Part shown: one piece after another, positions 20,467 through 31,102 of the stretch
How positions within the stretch are numbered: position 1 is the first letter of the stretch
Layout: each line of letters opens with the position of its first letter
The notes under the pieces: model-generated
Databases searched by the model: none
What the model saw: only the letters and a program-made list of their open reading frames with translations
Told to the model about the DNA's origin: nothing
Program-made: the position numbers and the translations under genes
NCBI GenBank assembly: GCA_963674595.2
Contig: CAXXFV010000025.1
Location: 1 to 64,000 of the forward strand
Reading direction: 5' to 3'
DNA length: 64,000 nucleotides
Source of the DNA: a bacterium
GTDB lineage: Bacteria > Zhuqueibacterota > Zhuqueibacteria > Residuimicrobiales > Krinioviventaceae

Positions 20467-21860
20467 TGAAATATATTATCGAAATATTAAAAAAGCAGCA
20501 AGGTTCGGCGCTTGTAACTGTCATGATTTTTTTGACTATAATATTTTTATTAACCTCTGCAATTCTGGTTATTATACACATTCAATTGAGATTTATGAAA
20601 AAAGATGCCAATCGCACACAAGCTATTTATCTGGCCGAGTCTGCTATTTATCGACTTTTGACTGAATCGGATGCAGAACAGTTGTCCTTGTTTATGGAAC
20701 GTGCAACACCCTTATGCGTAGACTTTGAGGATATTAATGGTCATGCAGAACTGACTTTGCGTCCCTGGGGATTATTTTTAAAGGTATGCTCAACCGGATT
20801 TTTTAAAGGCTCAAAAGCAACGATTAAAGTAATTGTGGGTCTACATCGTTCCACACAATTGAATGCAGCTGTTAATCTCAAGCGGTTGGATTTTCCATTA
20901 ATTCTTACGGGTGATACAAAAATAACAGGAAATGTTATTGTGGGTCCCCGTGGTGTACGGTCTGGGAGAATTAAGACGATAAAATACAATTCCAAAGAAC
21001 TGGTCAACGGAGAAATTATCAAATCTGAAAATTCTTTTCCAGAATATGATCTGGATTTTGTGTTAAACCGTTCTTTGGCTTTTTATCGTTATCAACTTCA
21101 GTATCCGGACGGAGTTGTTCTTAGTCAGTCTCTTATCATTGACAGTACCAATGTCGCTATATTGGATCAGGCGGGAAAAATATTTGTTGATGGGGACCTT
21201 ATCATCAATGGATTTTTACAAGGTTATCAAATTAAAGCTTGTAGTTTAGCTGTGGCTGGACAGGTTTTTGTTAATTCTGATATCAGCTTTGGAAACGATG
21301 TTATACTAATGTCTAATGGTGATGTGAATATTTCCAATTGTTCTTTTGCTCAAAGTATTGTTTATAGTCAAGGTATGGTTTCTTTCAACGGACAGGTTAA
21401 TGGTGATGTTCAGGTTTTCAGTGAGAATAAAATAAAATGTTCGGGCAATGTCAATCTGGAATGGCCCTCTATTTTATGTGTGCAGCCTAAAAATTATGAC
21501 TCGGAAGATCCTAATACTGTTGAGCTTGATGAAGGCTCCTATATTGTTGGCAGTGTGCTTTTGTTTACAGATGCATCGGGCGGACCATTTCAAACACATC
21601 GAGTATTTATCGATAAATCAGCTGTTTTAACCGGGTTATTGTATACAACAGGAGACGTAGAGTTGGCCGGGTGTGTTAACGGTACAGTCGCTGCTAATAT
21701 GTTCTATTTTTACCTGGATCCGACCCATTATATGGATTGGTTATTAGATGCAGTTATTGATTTTAGTCGTCTATCTAATGAGTTTGTGGCGCCCTGTGGA
21801 TTTAATAATGAGTCAGGTTTTCGCATTGCTGTCTGGAATTGTGAAAAGCAAAAAAGGTAA
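20466..21860 (+). CDS. GspK/PilX-like minor pseudopilin with beta-helix-like C-terminus
   Basis: QG|SALVTV prepilin site, QAIYLAESAI. Confidence 0.7.
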   Translation: MKYIIEILKKQQGSALVTVMIFLTIIFLLTSAILVIIHIQLRFMKKDANRTQAIYLAESAIYRLLTESDAEQLSLFMERATPLCVDFEDINGHAELTLRPWGLFLKVCSTGFFKGSKATIKVIVGLHRSTQLNAAVNLKRLDFPLILTGDTKITGNVIVGPRGVRSGRIKTIKYNSKELVNGEIIKSENSFPEYDLDFVLNRSLAFYRYQLQYPDGVVLSQSLIIDSTNVAILDQAGKIFVDGDLIINGFLQGYQIKACSLAVAGQVFVNSDISFGNDVILMSNGDVNISNCSFAQSIVYSQGMVSFNGQVNGDVQVFSENKIKCSGNVNLEWPSILCVQPKNYDSEDPNTVELDEGSYIVGSVLLFTDASGGPFQTHRVFIDKSAVLTGLLYTTGDVELAGCVNGTVAANMFYFYLDPTHYMDWLLDAVIDFSRLSNEFVAPCGFNNESGFRIAVWNCEKQKR

Positions 21861-21862
21861 TT

Positions 21863-22240
21863 ATGCAATTTTATAAAATTTTTAAGAATTGTGCAGGATA
21901 CAGTATACTGGAAACTTTATGTGCCCTGATATTGTTAACGGCTGTCCTGGTTCCTGTATGTGGTTTGCTGAGCCGGTTGGCAGTGAATCATATTATCAAA
22001 ACTCAATATCGAAAAGTCAACCTTGCCCGTTCTGTTATGGAAGAAACCCTGGCCCAGTCAACTTTTGTCAATGATTCATGGCAGGTTACACGAGACCGTA
22101 AAACGTGGTTTGTTCAGCGAAAATGCTGGACAGAACTTTCAATGATTCATTTTAAAATAATTGTCAAACAACAAAACACAGACAAAAATGAATATGTGTT
22201 GTACGCCTGTCGTCCTAAATCATTTTATAAACGGTTTTAG
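21863..22240 (+). CDS. Minor pseudopilin
   Basis: AG|YSILE prepilin cleavage motif with E5. Confidence 0.75.
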   Translation: MQFYKIFKNCAGYSILETLCALILLTAVLVPVCGLLSRLAVNHIIKTQYRKVNLARSVMEETLAQSTFVNDSWQVTRDRKTWFVQRKCWTELSMIHFKIIVKQQNTDKNEYVLYACRPKSFYKRF

Positions 22241-22248
22241 AGTTTGTC

Positions 22249-22782
22249 ATGATTGTCAAAAAAAATGATGGTTTTACTATCGTTGAAATTATTGTCGCTC
22301 TTGCACTGACCATGATTATTATTAATCTGGGCTTTCTTTTACTTCGGTATGCACATAAGCAGATACACTTTTGGAAACAACGTGATAAACTAGTTCGATC
22401 TGCTCATGTTTTGGATGAACGTTTTTATAGGGATGTTAGTCAGGCCCGTTCTATTGTCAGCATAACAGAAAAGCAAATTGCATTATTGGACATGGGTAGA
22501 AAGGCTATTGTCTATAATAGTGTAGAAGGGAAAGTTTCAAGAAATCAAATACCAATACTGTCTGAAAATGCCTGGATATCTGATTTTAAATTTGAGGCCG
22601 TATTGGATTTAGATGAGCAAGAGTTGTCTGGCTTATTCACCTTCGAACCATCAGAAATTAACAATTCGGATAATCCTATTAAAGGTATCTGTTATACCGG
22701 TCTTTTAATAGACTCGACCGGTTATCAGATTGAAATCAAAGGATGTGCATCTTTACGAAATCATAAAATAGAGCAAAAGTAA
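22249..22782 (+). CDS. Minor pseudopilin (GspJ/PilW-like)
   Basis: DG|FTIVE prepilin motif. Confidence 0.8.
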   Translation: MIVKKNDGFTIVEIIVALALTMIIINLGFLLLRYAHKQIHFWKQRDKLVRSAHVLDERFYRDVSQARSIVSITEKQIALLDMGRKAIVYNSVEGKVSRNQIPILSENAWISDFKFEAVLDLDEQELSGLFTFEPSEINNSDNPIKGICYTGLLIDSTGYQIEIKGCASLRNHKIEQK

Positions 22783-23918
22783 TGGAAATTTCTGTAAAAC
22801 ATATTCAAGAAATAAAAAGTATCTCTGAAATAAATTCTGAGAACAAAAAAACTAAGAATTCTCTACACAACCGTTTTTTTCAGCGCGTCAAAACCCAGCA
22901 TATTACCCAAATTGTACGTCAATTAGCAACACTGATACAAATGCGCCTTCCGCTTGACCATGCATTGAGCATTATTCAGCAGCAATTGGAACCAGGTCGT
23001 TTACAAGATATTATATCCGATTGTAAAAACCGTGTACAGCAAGGCCAAACATTGGCAGACGCTTTTCAAGCGTATCCAAAACTTTTTCCTGAGGCTGTTA
23101 TTCGTTTTGTTGCAGTCGGTGAACTCACAGGACAGTTAGGTGAAACCCTGGACCAGGCGGCTACTCAGTTGGAAAAAACCGCCCAACTCAAACGAAAGTT
23201 AATGACTGCTCTGTCCTATCCATCTGTTATTATGGTAGTAGCAGCCGGTGCCGTTACCTTTTTACTGGCTGTAGTTGTGCCGACTTTTTCTGAAGTATTT
23301 GCAGATTTTGGAGCAGAACTCCCGGCCGCCACTCAACTGTTGGTTACCTTGGGAGATTTGATTGTTCAGCGCTGGTATGTTGGTGTGATCGCTTGTTATG
23401 CATTGATTATACTGATTCGATGGTTATGGAACCAGCCTAAAATTCGCAGACGTATGGAACATATGTTATGGAAATTGCCTCTGGTGGGTAAAATTATTCT
23501 CAAAGAAAAACTGACTCGCTTTACCCGTACCCTTAGTGCTTTATTGGCTAACGGTATCATGTTACCCACAGCTATTGTTACCAGCGGCCGTACAACCGGT
23601 AGTTTGTGTTTGTGCGAGTCGGCTGAGCGTATGACCGAGCAGGTCAAAAGAGGATTGTCTTTTCACTTGGCCATGAAAGAACAGGGTTTTTTCCCAATTT
23701 TGATTATTCAGATGATTAGGGTCGGAGAAGAATCGGGTGCGCTCAATACCATGTTAAATAAAACCGCTCAGTATTATGAAGCGGAAATCGACGCATCGAT
23801 TGAGTCGTTGAATGCCGTATTGGAACCGATTATTATTGTTGGTCTAAGTATTGTGATAGGTGCTATTTTAATTGCTATGTATATGCAGATTTTTAACGTA
23901 GTCAATGTGATTCAATAA
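22782..23918 (+). CDS. gspF: Inner-membrane platform GspF/PilC
   Basis: RQLATL, GELTGQL, ALSYP, GEESGAL, LEP. Confidence 0.93.
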   Translation: MEISVKHIQEIKSISEINSENKKTKNSLHNRFFQRVKTQHITQIVRQLATLIQMRLPLDHALSIIQQQLEPGRLQDIISDCKNRVQQGQTLADAFQAYPKLFPEAVIRFVAVGELTGQLGETLDQAATQLEKTAQLKRKLMTALSYPSVIMVVAAGAVTFLLAVVVPTFSEVFADFGAELPAATQLLVTLGDLIVQRWYVGVIACYALIILIRWLWNQPKIRRRMEHMLWKLPLVGKIILKEKLTRFTRTLSALLANGIMLPTAIVTSGRTTGSLCLCESAERMTEQVKRGLSFHLAMKEQGFFPILIIQMIRVGEESGALNTMLNKTAQYYEAEIDASIESLNAVLEPIIIVGLSIVIGAILIAMYMQIFNVVNVIQ

Positions 23919-24012
23919 ATTTTAAAATGTTAGAGCCATACATTTTTAACAAGTATAAATTTAAATGAAAATCTAATCAACAGATATATATAACAAAAAT
24001 GAAAGGAATATC

Positions 24013-24429
24013 ATGAAAACATTACGCAAACTTTTGGCTGATCAATCTGGATTTTCATTAACAGAACTTCTCGTAGTTATCGTCATTATTGGTATTTTGG
24101 CAGCCCTGGCAATGCCTAAATTCCTCAGTGTAATTACTCGTGCTAAATCAACAGAAGCCAAACTTATGCTCAAACATGTGCACCAGCTGCAAAAGACCTA
24201 TTATATGGAAAATGACATCTACAGTACCGATCTAACATCAATAGGTTTTGAGCCTGAGCTGTTAAAGACAGAAGGTGGAACTGCCAGATACCTTATCGAA
24301 TTACGCGATGTAACCGCCACTGGTTTTGTAGCCCAGGCAACCGCTGTGGTGGATTTTGATAAGGATGGTGTATTTAATGTCTGGACGGTTGACCAGAACG
24401 GCATAATTCGTGAAGAGGTCCCGGATTAA
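24013..24429 (+). CDS. Major (pseudo)pilin, Bacteroidota T2SS type
   Basis: SG|FSLTELLVVIVIIGILAALAMP; C-terminal AVVDFDKDGVFNVW. Confidence 0.9.
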   Translation: MKTLRKLLADQSGFSLTELLVVIVIIGILAALAMPKFLSVITRAKSTEAKLMLKHVHQLQKTYYMENDIYSTDLTSIGFEPELLKTEGGTARYLIELRDVTATGFVAQATAVVDFDKDGVFNVWTVDQNGIIREEVPD

Positions 24430-24500
24430 TAACATCTGTCTTATAAAAGCATGATAAAAAGTAATTTTCATAATAATTTTAAAAAAGAACTGAAATTTCT

Positions 24501-25271
24501 ATGTATGTCTTTATTTTTTTATTTGGATTGGCTTTTGGCAGTTTTCTGAATGTTTGTGTATACCGACTACCAAAGAGAATATCACTTTGGCAGCGTTCTC
24601 ATTGTCCTCATTGCAGAAAAACTATAAAGTCGTTTGATTTGGTGCCGCTTTTGGGATATGTATTCCTGGGTGGGCGTTGTCGTTATTGCCGTGAACCCAT
24701 TTCTTTGCAATATCCGCTAGTGGAAGTATTGTATACAGGCGGATTGACTGGTTTGTCTCTTATTTACGGTATAAGCTGGGACCTTTTGTTTTATGCATTG
24801 GTCGGCTGGTCTTTACTTGGTACCATGCTGACCGATGTTCGGAATTTTATTATTCCAAATTTTTTTCTGTTTCCCCTGTTTATGGCTTTAATAATTCGTT
24901 GGCATGCCGGAACAGATGTTCTTGTAATGCTTTCCGATATGGGTATTATCCTGGCTGTTGTCCTGGCTGCAGGTTCTATCGGATTTTTGCTGCAGGGGCG
25001 CTTTGGATTTGGTATGGGCGATGTAAAACTACTAACTTTATTGGGTGGTTTATTCGGCTGGTACTTGACACTGGTTATATTTTCTGGGGCAGCATTGATT
25101 GGGGCTAGTTGTGGTTTGGTCGGCGTTCTGTTAAATAAGCTCAATCGCCAAAGTAAACTACCTTTTGGACTGTTTTTGGCGCTGACCAGTTTAGCTTTGA
25201 TATTCATTCAATCGGTTTATCCGAATATTTGGGATTGTTATGATATACAACAATACTTTTCTTTATGGTAA
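24501..25271 (+). CDS. pilD: Prepilin peptidase
   Basis: GSFLNVCVYRLP, CxxC pairs, GMGDVKL, LPFG. Confidence 0.93.
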   Translation: MYVFIFLFGLAFGSFLNVCVYRLPKRISLWQRSHCPHCRKTIKSFDLVPLLGYVFLGGRCRYCREPISLQYPLVEVLYTGGLTGLSLIYGISWDLLFYALVGWSLLGTMLTDVRNFIIPNFFLFPLFMALIIRWHAGTDVLVMLSDMGIILAVVLAAGSIGFLLQGRFGFGMGDVKLLTLLGGLFGWYLTLVIFSGAALIGASCGLVGVLLNKLNRQSKLPFGLFLALTSLALIFIQSVYPNIWDCYDIQQYFSLW

Positions 25272-25351
25272 AATAGTTTGATTTTTAGGAAACATGATTA
25301 AATAAATATTTATTGTTAGCTATGGATAAAGGATTTTAACGGGGTAGTTGA

Positions 25352-26278
25352 ATGAATCACGATCCGTGTGATAAAATAATTGGTAAAAGTAAGCAAATTG
25401 TTAATATAAAGAATCTGATTAAAAAAGCTGCAAGTTTCCCTCAACTTCCGGTTTTGATTACCGGAGAAACCGGAACAGGCAAAGAATTAGTTGCCGAAGC
25501 ATTACATCAAGTTGGAAGTCGGGTAGATAAAAGTTTTGTAGCTATTAACTGTAGCGCTGTACCGGAAATGTTGCTGGAAAGCACTCTTTTCGGCCACCGC
25601 AAAGGAGCTTTTACCGGGGCTGCCTGTGACCAACAAGGCCTGGTTGAAAAGGCTGACAAAGGCACCCTTTTTCTGGACGAAATTGGTGATATGGATATCC
25701 GACTCCAACCCAAACTGTTACGCTTTTTGGAAAATGGAAAATATCTTAAAATTGGTGAAAATCGGGAGCGATACGTAGACGTTCGGATAATAACCGCTAC
25801 CAATAAAAACCTCCTATCTGGAATTAAAGAACAAAAGTTTCGTAAAGATTTGTTTTTCAGATTAAAAGGATTTGAAATAGATTTACCGCCCTTAAGACAA
25901 CGTTTGCAAGATATTCCCCCGCTTACGAAATATTTTCTTAATGGAAATCATCATCTCATTACTTCGGAAATCCATTGTTTATTTTCGAAATATCATTGGC
26001 CGGGAAATATAAGGGAATTAAAAACTCTTTTAGAAAAAATACCTCTTTTGGATCATAATTCTCCTGATTTTGTTGATCAATTAAAAGACTATATGCAGAT
26101 CATTCCTGAGGGTGACATTGATTCTATCAAGACCTTGCAGGAAATTGAATTAGAATATATTAGCAAGGTTTATAAATTTACAGGCTATGAAATTCGTAGA
26201 ACGGCAGCCCTTCTTGGTATTACCCGCAATACCTTAAAAAAGAAAATCAAAGAAAATAATTTGTACAACCAAAATTAA
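25352..26278 (+). CDS. Sigma54-dependent activator (AAA+ plus Fis HTH) lacking a sensory domain
   Basis: GETGTGKE, GAFTGA, FLDEI, WPGNIREL, C-terminal HTH; only 308 aa. Confidence 0.93.
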   Translation: MNHDPCDKIIGKSKQIVNIKNLIKKAASFPQLPVLITGETGTGKELVAEALHQVGSRVDKSFVAINCSAVPEMLLESTLFGHRKGAFTGAACDQQGLVEKADKGTLFLDEIGDMDIRLQPKLLRFLENGKYLKIGENRERYVDVRIITATNKNLLSGIKEQKFRKDLFFRLKGFEIDLPPLRQRLQDIPPLTKYFLNGNHHLITSEIHCLFSKYHWPGNIRELKTLLEKIPLLDHNSPDFVDQLKDYMQIIPEGDIDSIKTLQEIELEYISKVYKFTGYEIRRTAALLGITRNTLKKKIKENNLYNQN

Positions 26279-26286
26279 AAGAACAG

Positions 26287-26553
26287 GTGGGTCAATTATT
26301 GACAACTATAATAAGGTAATTATTTGTTTTTATTATATAAATACAAATTGACTTTCAAGTAAAAAATTAACCCACCCTTATCATTTTGTTTTATCAAACC
26401 TTATAATACTCGGGGAATCCTTAGTGGGTCAAAAATTGATCCACTAAAATTAGTTATTTAAAAACACTATTTTAATGTATGGTTTGTAATATGTTGATTA
26501 ATATCTAGTTGGGTGTGGGGTTGCAAAGCTTCTTTTGTTGGCATGATTGCTGT
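26287..26553 (+). promoter_or_regulatory. Enhancer-like palindromes and sigma54 promoter of Rhs locus 1
   Basis: GTGGGTCAA-N3-TTGAYMMMC at 26287 and 26424; TTGGCATGATTGCTGT at 26538-26553. Confidence 0.7.
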
Positions 26554-26602
26554 CTATAGAGAGTCAAACAGTCAATTTTGTATTAAAATTGGGAGAAAAT
26601 AG

Positions 26603-29600
26603 ATGAAAAGATATTTTTTGAATTGTCTGGCTTTACTCATGATATTGAGTACAACATATGTTTGGAGTGATTCTCATTTTTTTGGTGCACCTCCGTCCAT
26701 ATCAGTTCCTGTATCCAATGTTGCAGAAAATATAAACATGTATACAGGAGAATTCACCGCGAATATGAATTTAGCTGGATTAGTTGGGAAAAATGGGATT
26801 TCATTTGCCTTAAATATTTTATACAGTTCCAATGTTCGTAGTAACTATAATAAAGATAATACGACAAATCAGGCGAGTATTGTTGGATTGGGTTGGAATT
26901 TGGATATTCCTGCTATTGTCGGGAATCCTAATTGTACGACTTCTACTGATCATCACTTTGATTATTTGGGTTTCGTCGCAAACGGATCTTATAACCAACT
27001 GAGGCAGATTAGTACCTCTGATTTTTATAAATTAACAGATTATAAATTTTGGGAAATTAAAAGGACAACAAATGCCAATAATCAAATCCTTAAGTGGGAA
27101 ATTTGGGATGAATCCGGTATGAAATATACTTTTGCTAACCGATGTCACCGGGTTGTAAGATATTACTATTCAGGTACAATTTTTATAGAGACAACGGATC
27201 ATTGTAAAACAATGGGTTATAGATGGAATTTAACCGAAATAGAAGATCCCTTTGGTAACAAGATAACATTACATTATGAAACCCCGGTAATAGAAAAAGT
27301 GAGTGATCTGGAATGGTTGGGAGATAGTTTTTCAGGTTATTCCGATTATACTAAAGCTTATTATCTTGATAAAATAGTTGACCAATCAACTAATAGGACA
27401 ATAAAGCTTTATTACGCAACTGGAAGACAAGATGCTGGTGACAGTAAAAATTATTTTTCACCGCTAACAGATACCAATGAAAATGGTGATAGCTGTCAGG
27501 AACTGGTATTTGAAAAAAATTTAACCGATATTAAAGTATTTGACAAGGACCCGGATATCAATCCTGATGAGACGTGCCTTAAACATACAAAGCTTAACTA
27601 TAATTATGACACTTGGAAAACAGATGATGAGTATTACCGCAAACTAATGCTTACTTCTGTTCAAGAATATGATCCCAGAGATGGTCAACCTGCCTTTCCA
27701 TCTACAAATTTCACCTATGAAACAAATACTGACTCATTAACTCATAACTGTGCTGCATTAAAAACAATAAAATTACCTAACGGGTGCGAAAAAAGTATTG
27801 TATATACGGTATTGACAATGAGTTATACTCGACATTTTTACTATACTACAAGTATTACAGTTGATGATGGCATAAATACCCCTGTTGTTACGCATTATTA
27901 TGGAACCACACCAAAACCTTATAATGATTCCTTATATGTTGGGTATAACTCTGCTCTTTTATCAACACAAGCTGCAGATTTCAGATATTATTTTGAGAAT
28001 CCGGGAGCCAGTTCCGCTGAGTTTTATAAAAGAGGTGTCTTAACTGAAATCGAAACTATGCCAGCTGGAGGAGGTAGTGTAAAAAATGAGGTTGTAAATA
28101 CATACAGTTATACTAATAAAAATGATGGATGTTATTATAAAAAACTAACACAAACTCAAGAAACAACAAATTATTCTTATCCATCTTCCGGTTCTTTAAC
28201 TTCGACTGTAATATATTCCGATTTTGATGATGATAACGGCCAACCAACAAAAATAACAACTACAAATACGGATGGTACTGTAAAGATTTTAGAAACAACA
28301 TTTGCACACGATATTCCGCAATATAGTAATATGACAGAAGACGCAGTACATATGGTTTCCCAGATCGCCCAACAGACGGTTTATGAAACCAGCGATATTA
28401 ATGAGAATGCAAAATCATCAAGTGTTACAACATATAAACAATGGGATACAGCCGACCCGAGTGTAGATACATGGGCGCCGAATAAAACCTATCAATGGTA
28501 TGAAAGAAGTGCTACAAATTCTCTCCAGGCATTTAATTATGCCTCATGGTCTATCCATGGCTATGAACCCACTTCGTCAGACGATTGGATTCAATTATCA
28601 GAAATTGCTAAGAGAGATGATTATGGAAATGTTTTATCAGTAAGATATCCTAGCTCTTTTATAGCGTTTGAGAATGGAAATTTTAGTTCAGTTCAATATG
28701 GGTATAACAATTGTCTCCCTGTCGCAGAAATTAAGAATGCTTATGTAAATGAATTTGCTTACGAAGGGTATGAAAGTGATATCTGCAATTGGGGTATTCA
28801 TGATTCGAACCGGCAATCAGTATCAAATGAAGAGGCCTATACAGGCCGGAAATCGCTCAAGGTCTTGTCATCCGATTATTATAGTGGATGGGGCATCGAC
28901 AAATCTTTTATTAGTTCAGGCTCAGACGATATAGATCAGGATTCAAAATATATTTTTACTGCTTGGGTCAAGGCGCCAGCTATTCATGATAATATTTATC
29001 TTAATATTTATTATACATTATCTGGTGGAGGGTCTGGTTATGCAACACCTTGCTTCTATACTGGAAACGGAGAGTGGCAATTATTGACCTGTATTTTGGA
29101 TCTTGGTACCATCGCCAATGTTGCGACTGTTATGCCGTTTGCGGCTAATTATGGGACTAATAGCATTGCCTGCTATTGGGATGATCTGCGTTTTCAACCA
29201 TATGATGCTGTCATGAAGACAACTGTCTATGATCCAAAAACGTTTCAACCAATTGCTTCATCAAATGCTAATAATTATCCCTCCTTTATTTGTTATGATG
29301 TTTTTGGCCGTCCTATTGTTTCTTTAGATGAGGATAAAGAACTTTTAAGCACATCGAGTTTTTATTTGTCTCGTGTTGGAAGCGGTAGCGATGAGTTTGA
29401 GAGCACAGTTCCCAATTCAACCACGTCTATTTCAGCAATGGGTGGTGGTGAGTTTGATGATTTTGAATTGACCAATTCATTGTCAAAATATACGGAATCT
29501 CAAACACCCAGCGCGGCGACCTGGTCTTTGGATGATGGTTATTTAAAATCTACTCATGTTAATGACGGTTACAGTTTTTTATCTAATCAGAATAATGTAT

Positions 29601-31066
29601 ATACCGATTTAGTATTGGAATGTGATATTAAATATGACAGTGATAATCAATTAGGCGGTTTTTTCGTTCGCAGCCAGGATGGTACCTATAACAATTGTAT
29701 TATTGTCGATGTAAACACAACAAAATTTGGATTTCGCAGACCACCTTACGGAACAACTGAAGGGGTTGTTTATGGTGGTTTAACACACGGTGAATGGCAT
29801 CGGGTCAAAATAATTGCCATAGATACAAAATACGAATTGTATGTCGATGGTGAATTGATTACCAGTATGACGAATTCATCCTATTCCTCTGGTTATTGCG
29901 GAATGATTTCACCCCATTATAAAGACAATATTTATTTTGATAATTTTTCAGTAGCAGAAAAACCGGTTGTAGCGGTAGCTTATACTGATGCCATGGGGCG
30001 TTCAATTCAAAATCAGTCCAGAGACGGTAACTATGATATTATCACAAAGACAGAATACAATTCTTTAGGTAAAGTTTATAAGCAATACAAGCCACAAAAA
30101 ATTAGCAATTCAACCCATGCATTTAAAACAAATGTGACCGGATTGTGCGAAGAGTTTACATACTCTGCCGACGGATTGGCCAGATTGACACAACAAAAAC
30201 ACCCGGACAATGAAGTGATTACTTATGCTTTTGGAAAAGATTTATTTACCTATGATATTGGTCAATCAGACTATTTTCACTATGAACAGGTAACTGATGA
30301 AAAGGACAAAGTTTCTAGGACTTATTTTGACAAATTTGGAAATAAAATCGGTGGTATTTCTGCCTTAGGTAGTGTAAATGATGAAATTAAATCGGCAAAC
30401 GATTACGATGTCTTGGGTCAGGTAACTAAAATAAAACCCCCAAATTATTTTGATCCACCATTAGGTTCTTCTGCTGGAGATTGGGATACTATCATGACCT
30501 ATGATACTATGGGTCGATTAGTGCAAAAACAATCACCTGATGAAGGAATTTCTAGATATGTCTATTATAATGATGGATCTTTATGTTACTCTCAAAACGC
30601 TTATCAGGACCAAACACATGATGGTTTTACTGTTTATAAATATGATAGATCTGGTCGCTTGTTAAAAATTTGTGAGGAAGATGATGTGACTTGGGGGCCT
30701 CCTCTGATATCAAGTATAGCATCCTATGGTTTAGAAACTGGAGAAATAAAGGTTGAGAATTTCTATGATACCGATTATTCCGGATCTGATTCGCATTTTG
30801 GTATTGGTCAGTTAACTAAGGTTATAAAATATACTGGAACCGGAGCCAATGATTTTCACCAAAGTCTTTACAAGTATGACGAATTGGGACATATCATCAA
30901 GAAAAAAATGAAAATTTTTAATGGCATTGACGTTAGCGAAAAAATTATTGAACATACTTATGATCATCTTGGCCGGGAAATTCAGCTGAAATATCCCACC
31001 GGGCATACGATTGTAAATAGTTTCGATAATTTTGGCCGGTTAGATAAAACATATTCATCCAATTAA
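26603..31066 (+). CDS. Rhs/YD shell protein, N-terminal part (no core, no toxin), with signal peptide
   Basis: Signal peptide; NMYTG...ASIVGLGWNL TcB-like start; YDxxGR repeats; carbohydrate-binding-like inserts; ends mid-repeat. Confidence 0.85.
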   Translation: MKRYFLNCLALLMILSTTYVWSDSHFFGAPPSISVPVSNVAENINMYTGEFTANMNLAGLVGKNGISFALNILYSSNVRSNYNKDNTTNQASIVGLGWNLDIPAIVGNPNCTTSTDHHFDYLGFVANGSYNQLRQISTSDFYKLTDYKFWEIKRTTNANNQILKWEIWDESGMKYTFANRCHRVVRYYYSGTIFIETTDHCKTMGYRWNLTEIEDPFGNKITLHYETPVIEKVSDLEWLGDSFSGYSDYTKAYYLDKIVDQSTNRTIKLYYATGRQDAGDSKNYFSPLTDTNENGDSCQELVFEKNLTDIKVFDKDPDINPDETCLKHTKLNYNYDTWKTDDEYYRKLMLTSVQEYDPRDGQPAFPSTNFTYETNTDSLTHNCAALKTIKLPNGCEKSIVYTVLTMSYTRHFYYTTSITVDDGINTPVVTHYYGTTPKPYNDSLYVGYNSALLSTQAADFRYYFENPGASSAEFYKRGVLTEIETMPAGGGSVKNEVVNTYSYTNKNDGCYYKKLTQTQETTNYSYPSSGSLTSTVIYSDFDDDNGQPTKITTTNTDGTVKILETTFAHDIPQYSNMTEDAVHMVSQIAQQTVYETSDINENAKSSSVTTYKQWDTADPSVDTWAPNKTYQWYERSATNSLQAFNYASWSIHGYEPTSSDDWIQLSEIAKRDDYGNVLSVRYPSSFIAFENGNFSSVQYGYNNCLPVAEIKNAYVNEFAYEGYESDICNWGIHDSNRQSVSNEEAYTGRKSLKVLSSDYYSGWGIDKSFISSGSDDIDQDSKYIFTAWVKAPAIHDNIYLNIYYTLSGGGSGYATPCFYTGNGEWQLLTCILDLGTIANVATVMPFAANYGTNSIACYWDDLRFQPYDAVMKTTVYDPKTFQPIASSNANNYPSFICYDVFGRPIVSLDEDKELLSTSSFYLSRVGSGSDEFESTVPNSTTSISAMGGGEFDDFELTNSLSKYTESQTPSAATWSLDDGYLKSTHVNDGYSFLSNQNNVYTDLVLECDIKYDSDNQLGGFFVRSQDGTYNNCIIVDVNTTKFGFRRPPYGTTEGVVYGGLTHGEWHRVKIIAIDTKYELYVDGELITSMTNSSYSSGYCGMISPHYKDNIYFDNFSVAEKPVVAVAYTDAMGRSIQNQSRDGNYDIITKTEYNSLGKVYKQYKPQKISNSTHAFKTNVTGLCEEFTYSADGLARLTQQKHPDNEVITYAFGKDLFTYDIGQSDYFHYEQVTDEKDKVSRTYFDKFGNKIGGISALGSVNDEIKSANDYDVLGQVTKIKPPNYFDPPLGSSAGDWDTIMTYDTMGRLVQKQSPDEGISRYVYYNDGSLCYSQNAYQDQTHDGFTVYKYDRSGRLLKICEEDDVTWGPPLISSIASYGLETGEIKVENFYDTDYSGSDSHFGIGQLTKVIKYTGTGANDFHQSLYKYDELGHIIKKKMKIFNGIDVSEKIIEHTYDHLGREIQLKYPTGHTIVNSFDNFGRLDKTYSSN

Positions 31067-31102
31067 TTGAATTTTATTATAGATAAATGAGAGGATAAAA
31101 AA

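Noticed and set aside
14642-25271. Retractile type IVa pilus or competence system
   Set aside because: No PilT, PilY1 or ComEC in the cluster; not excluded if supplied in trans.
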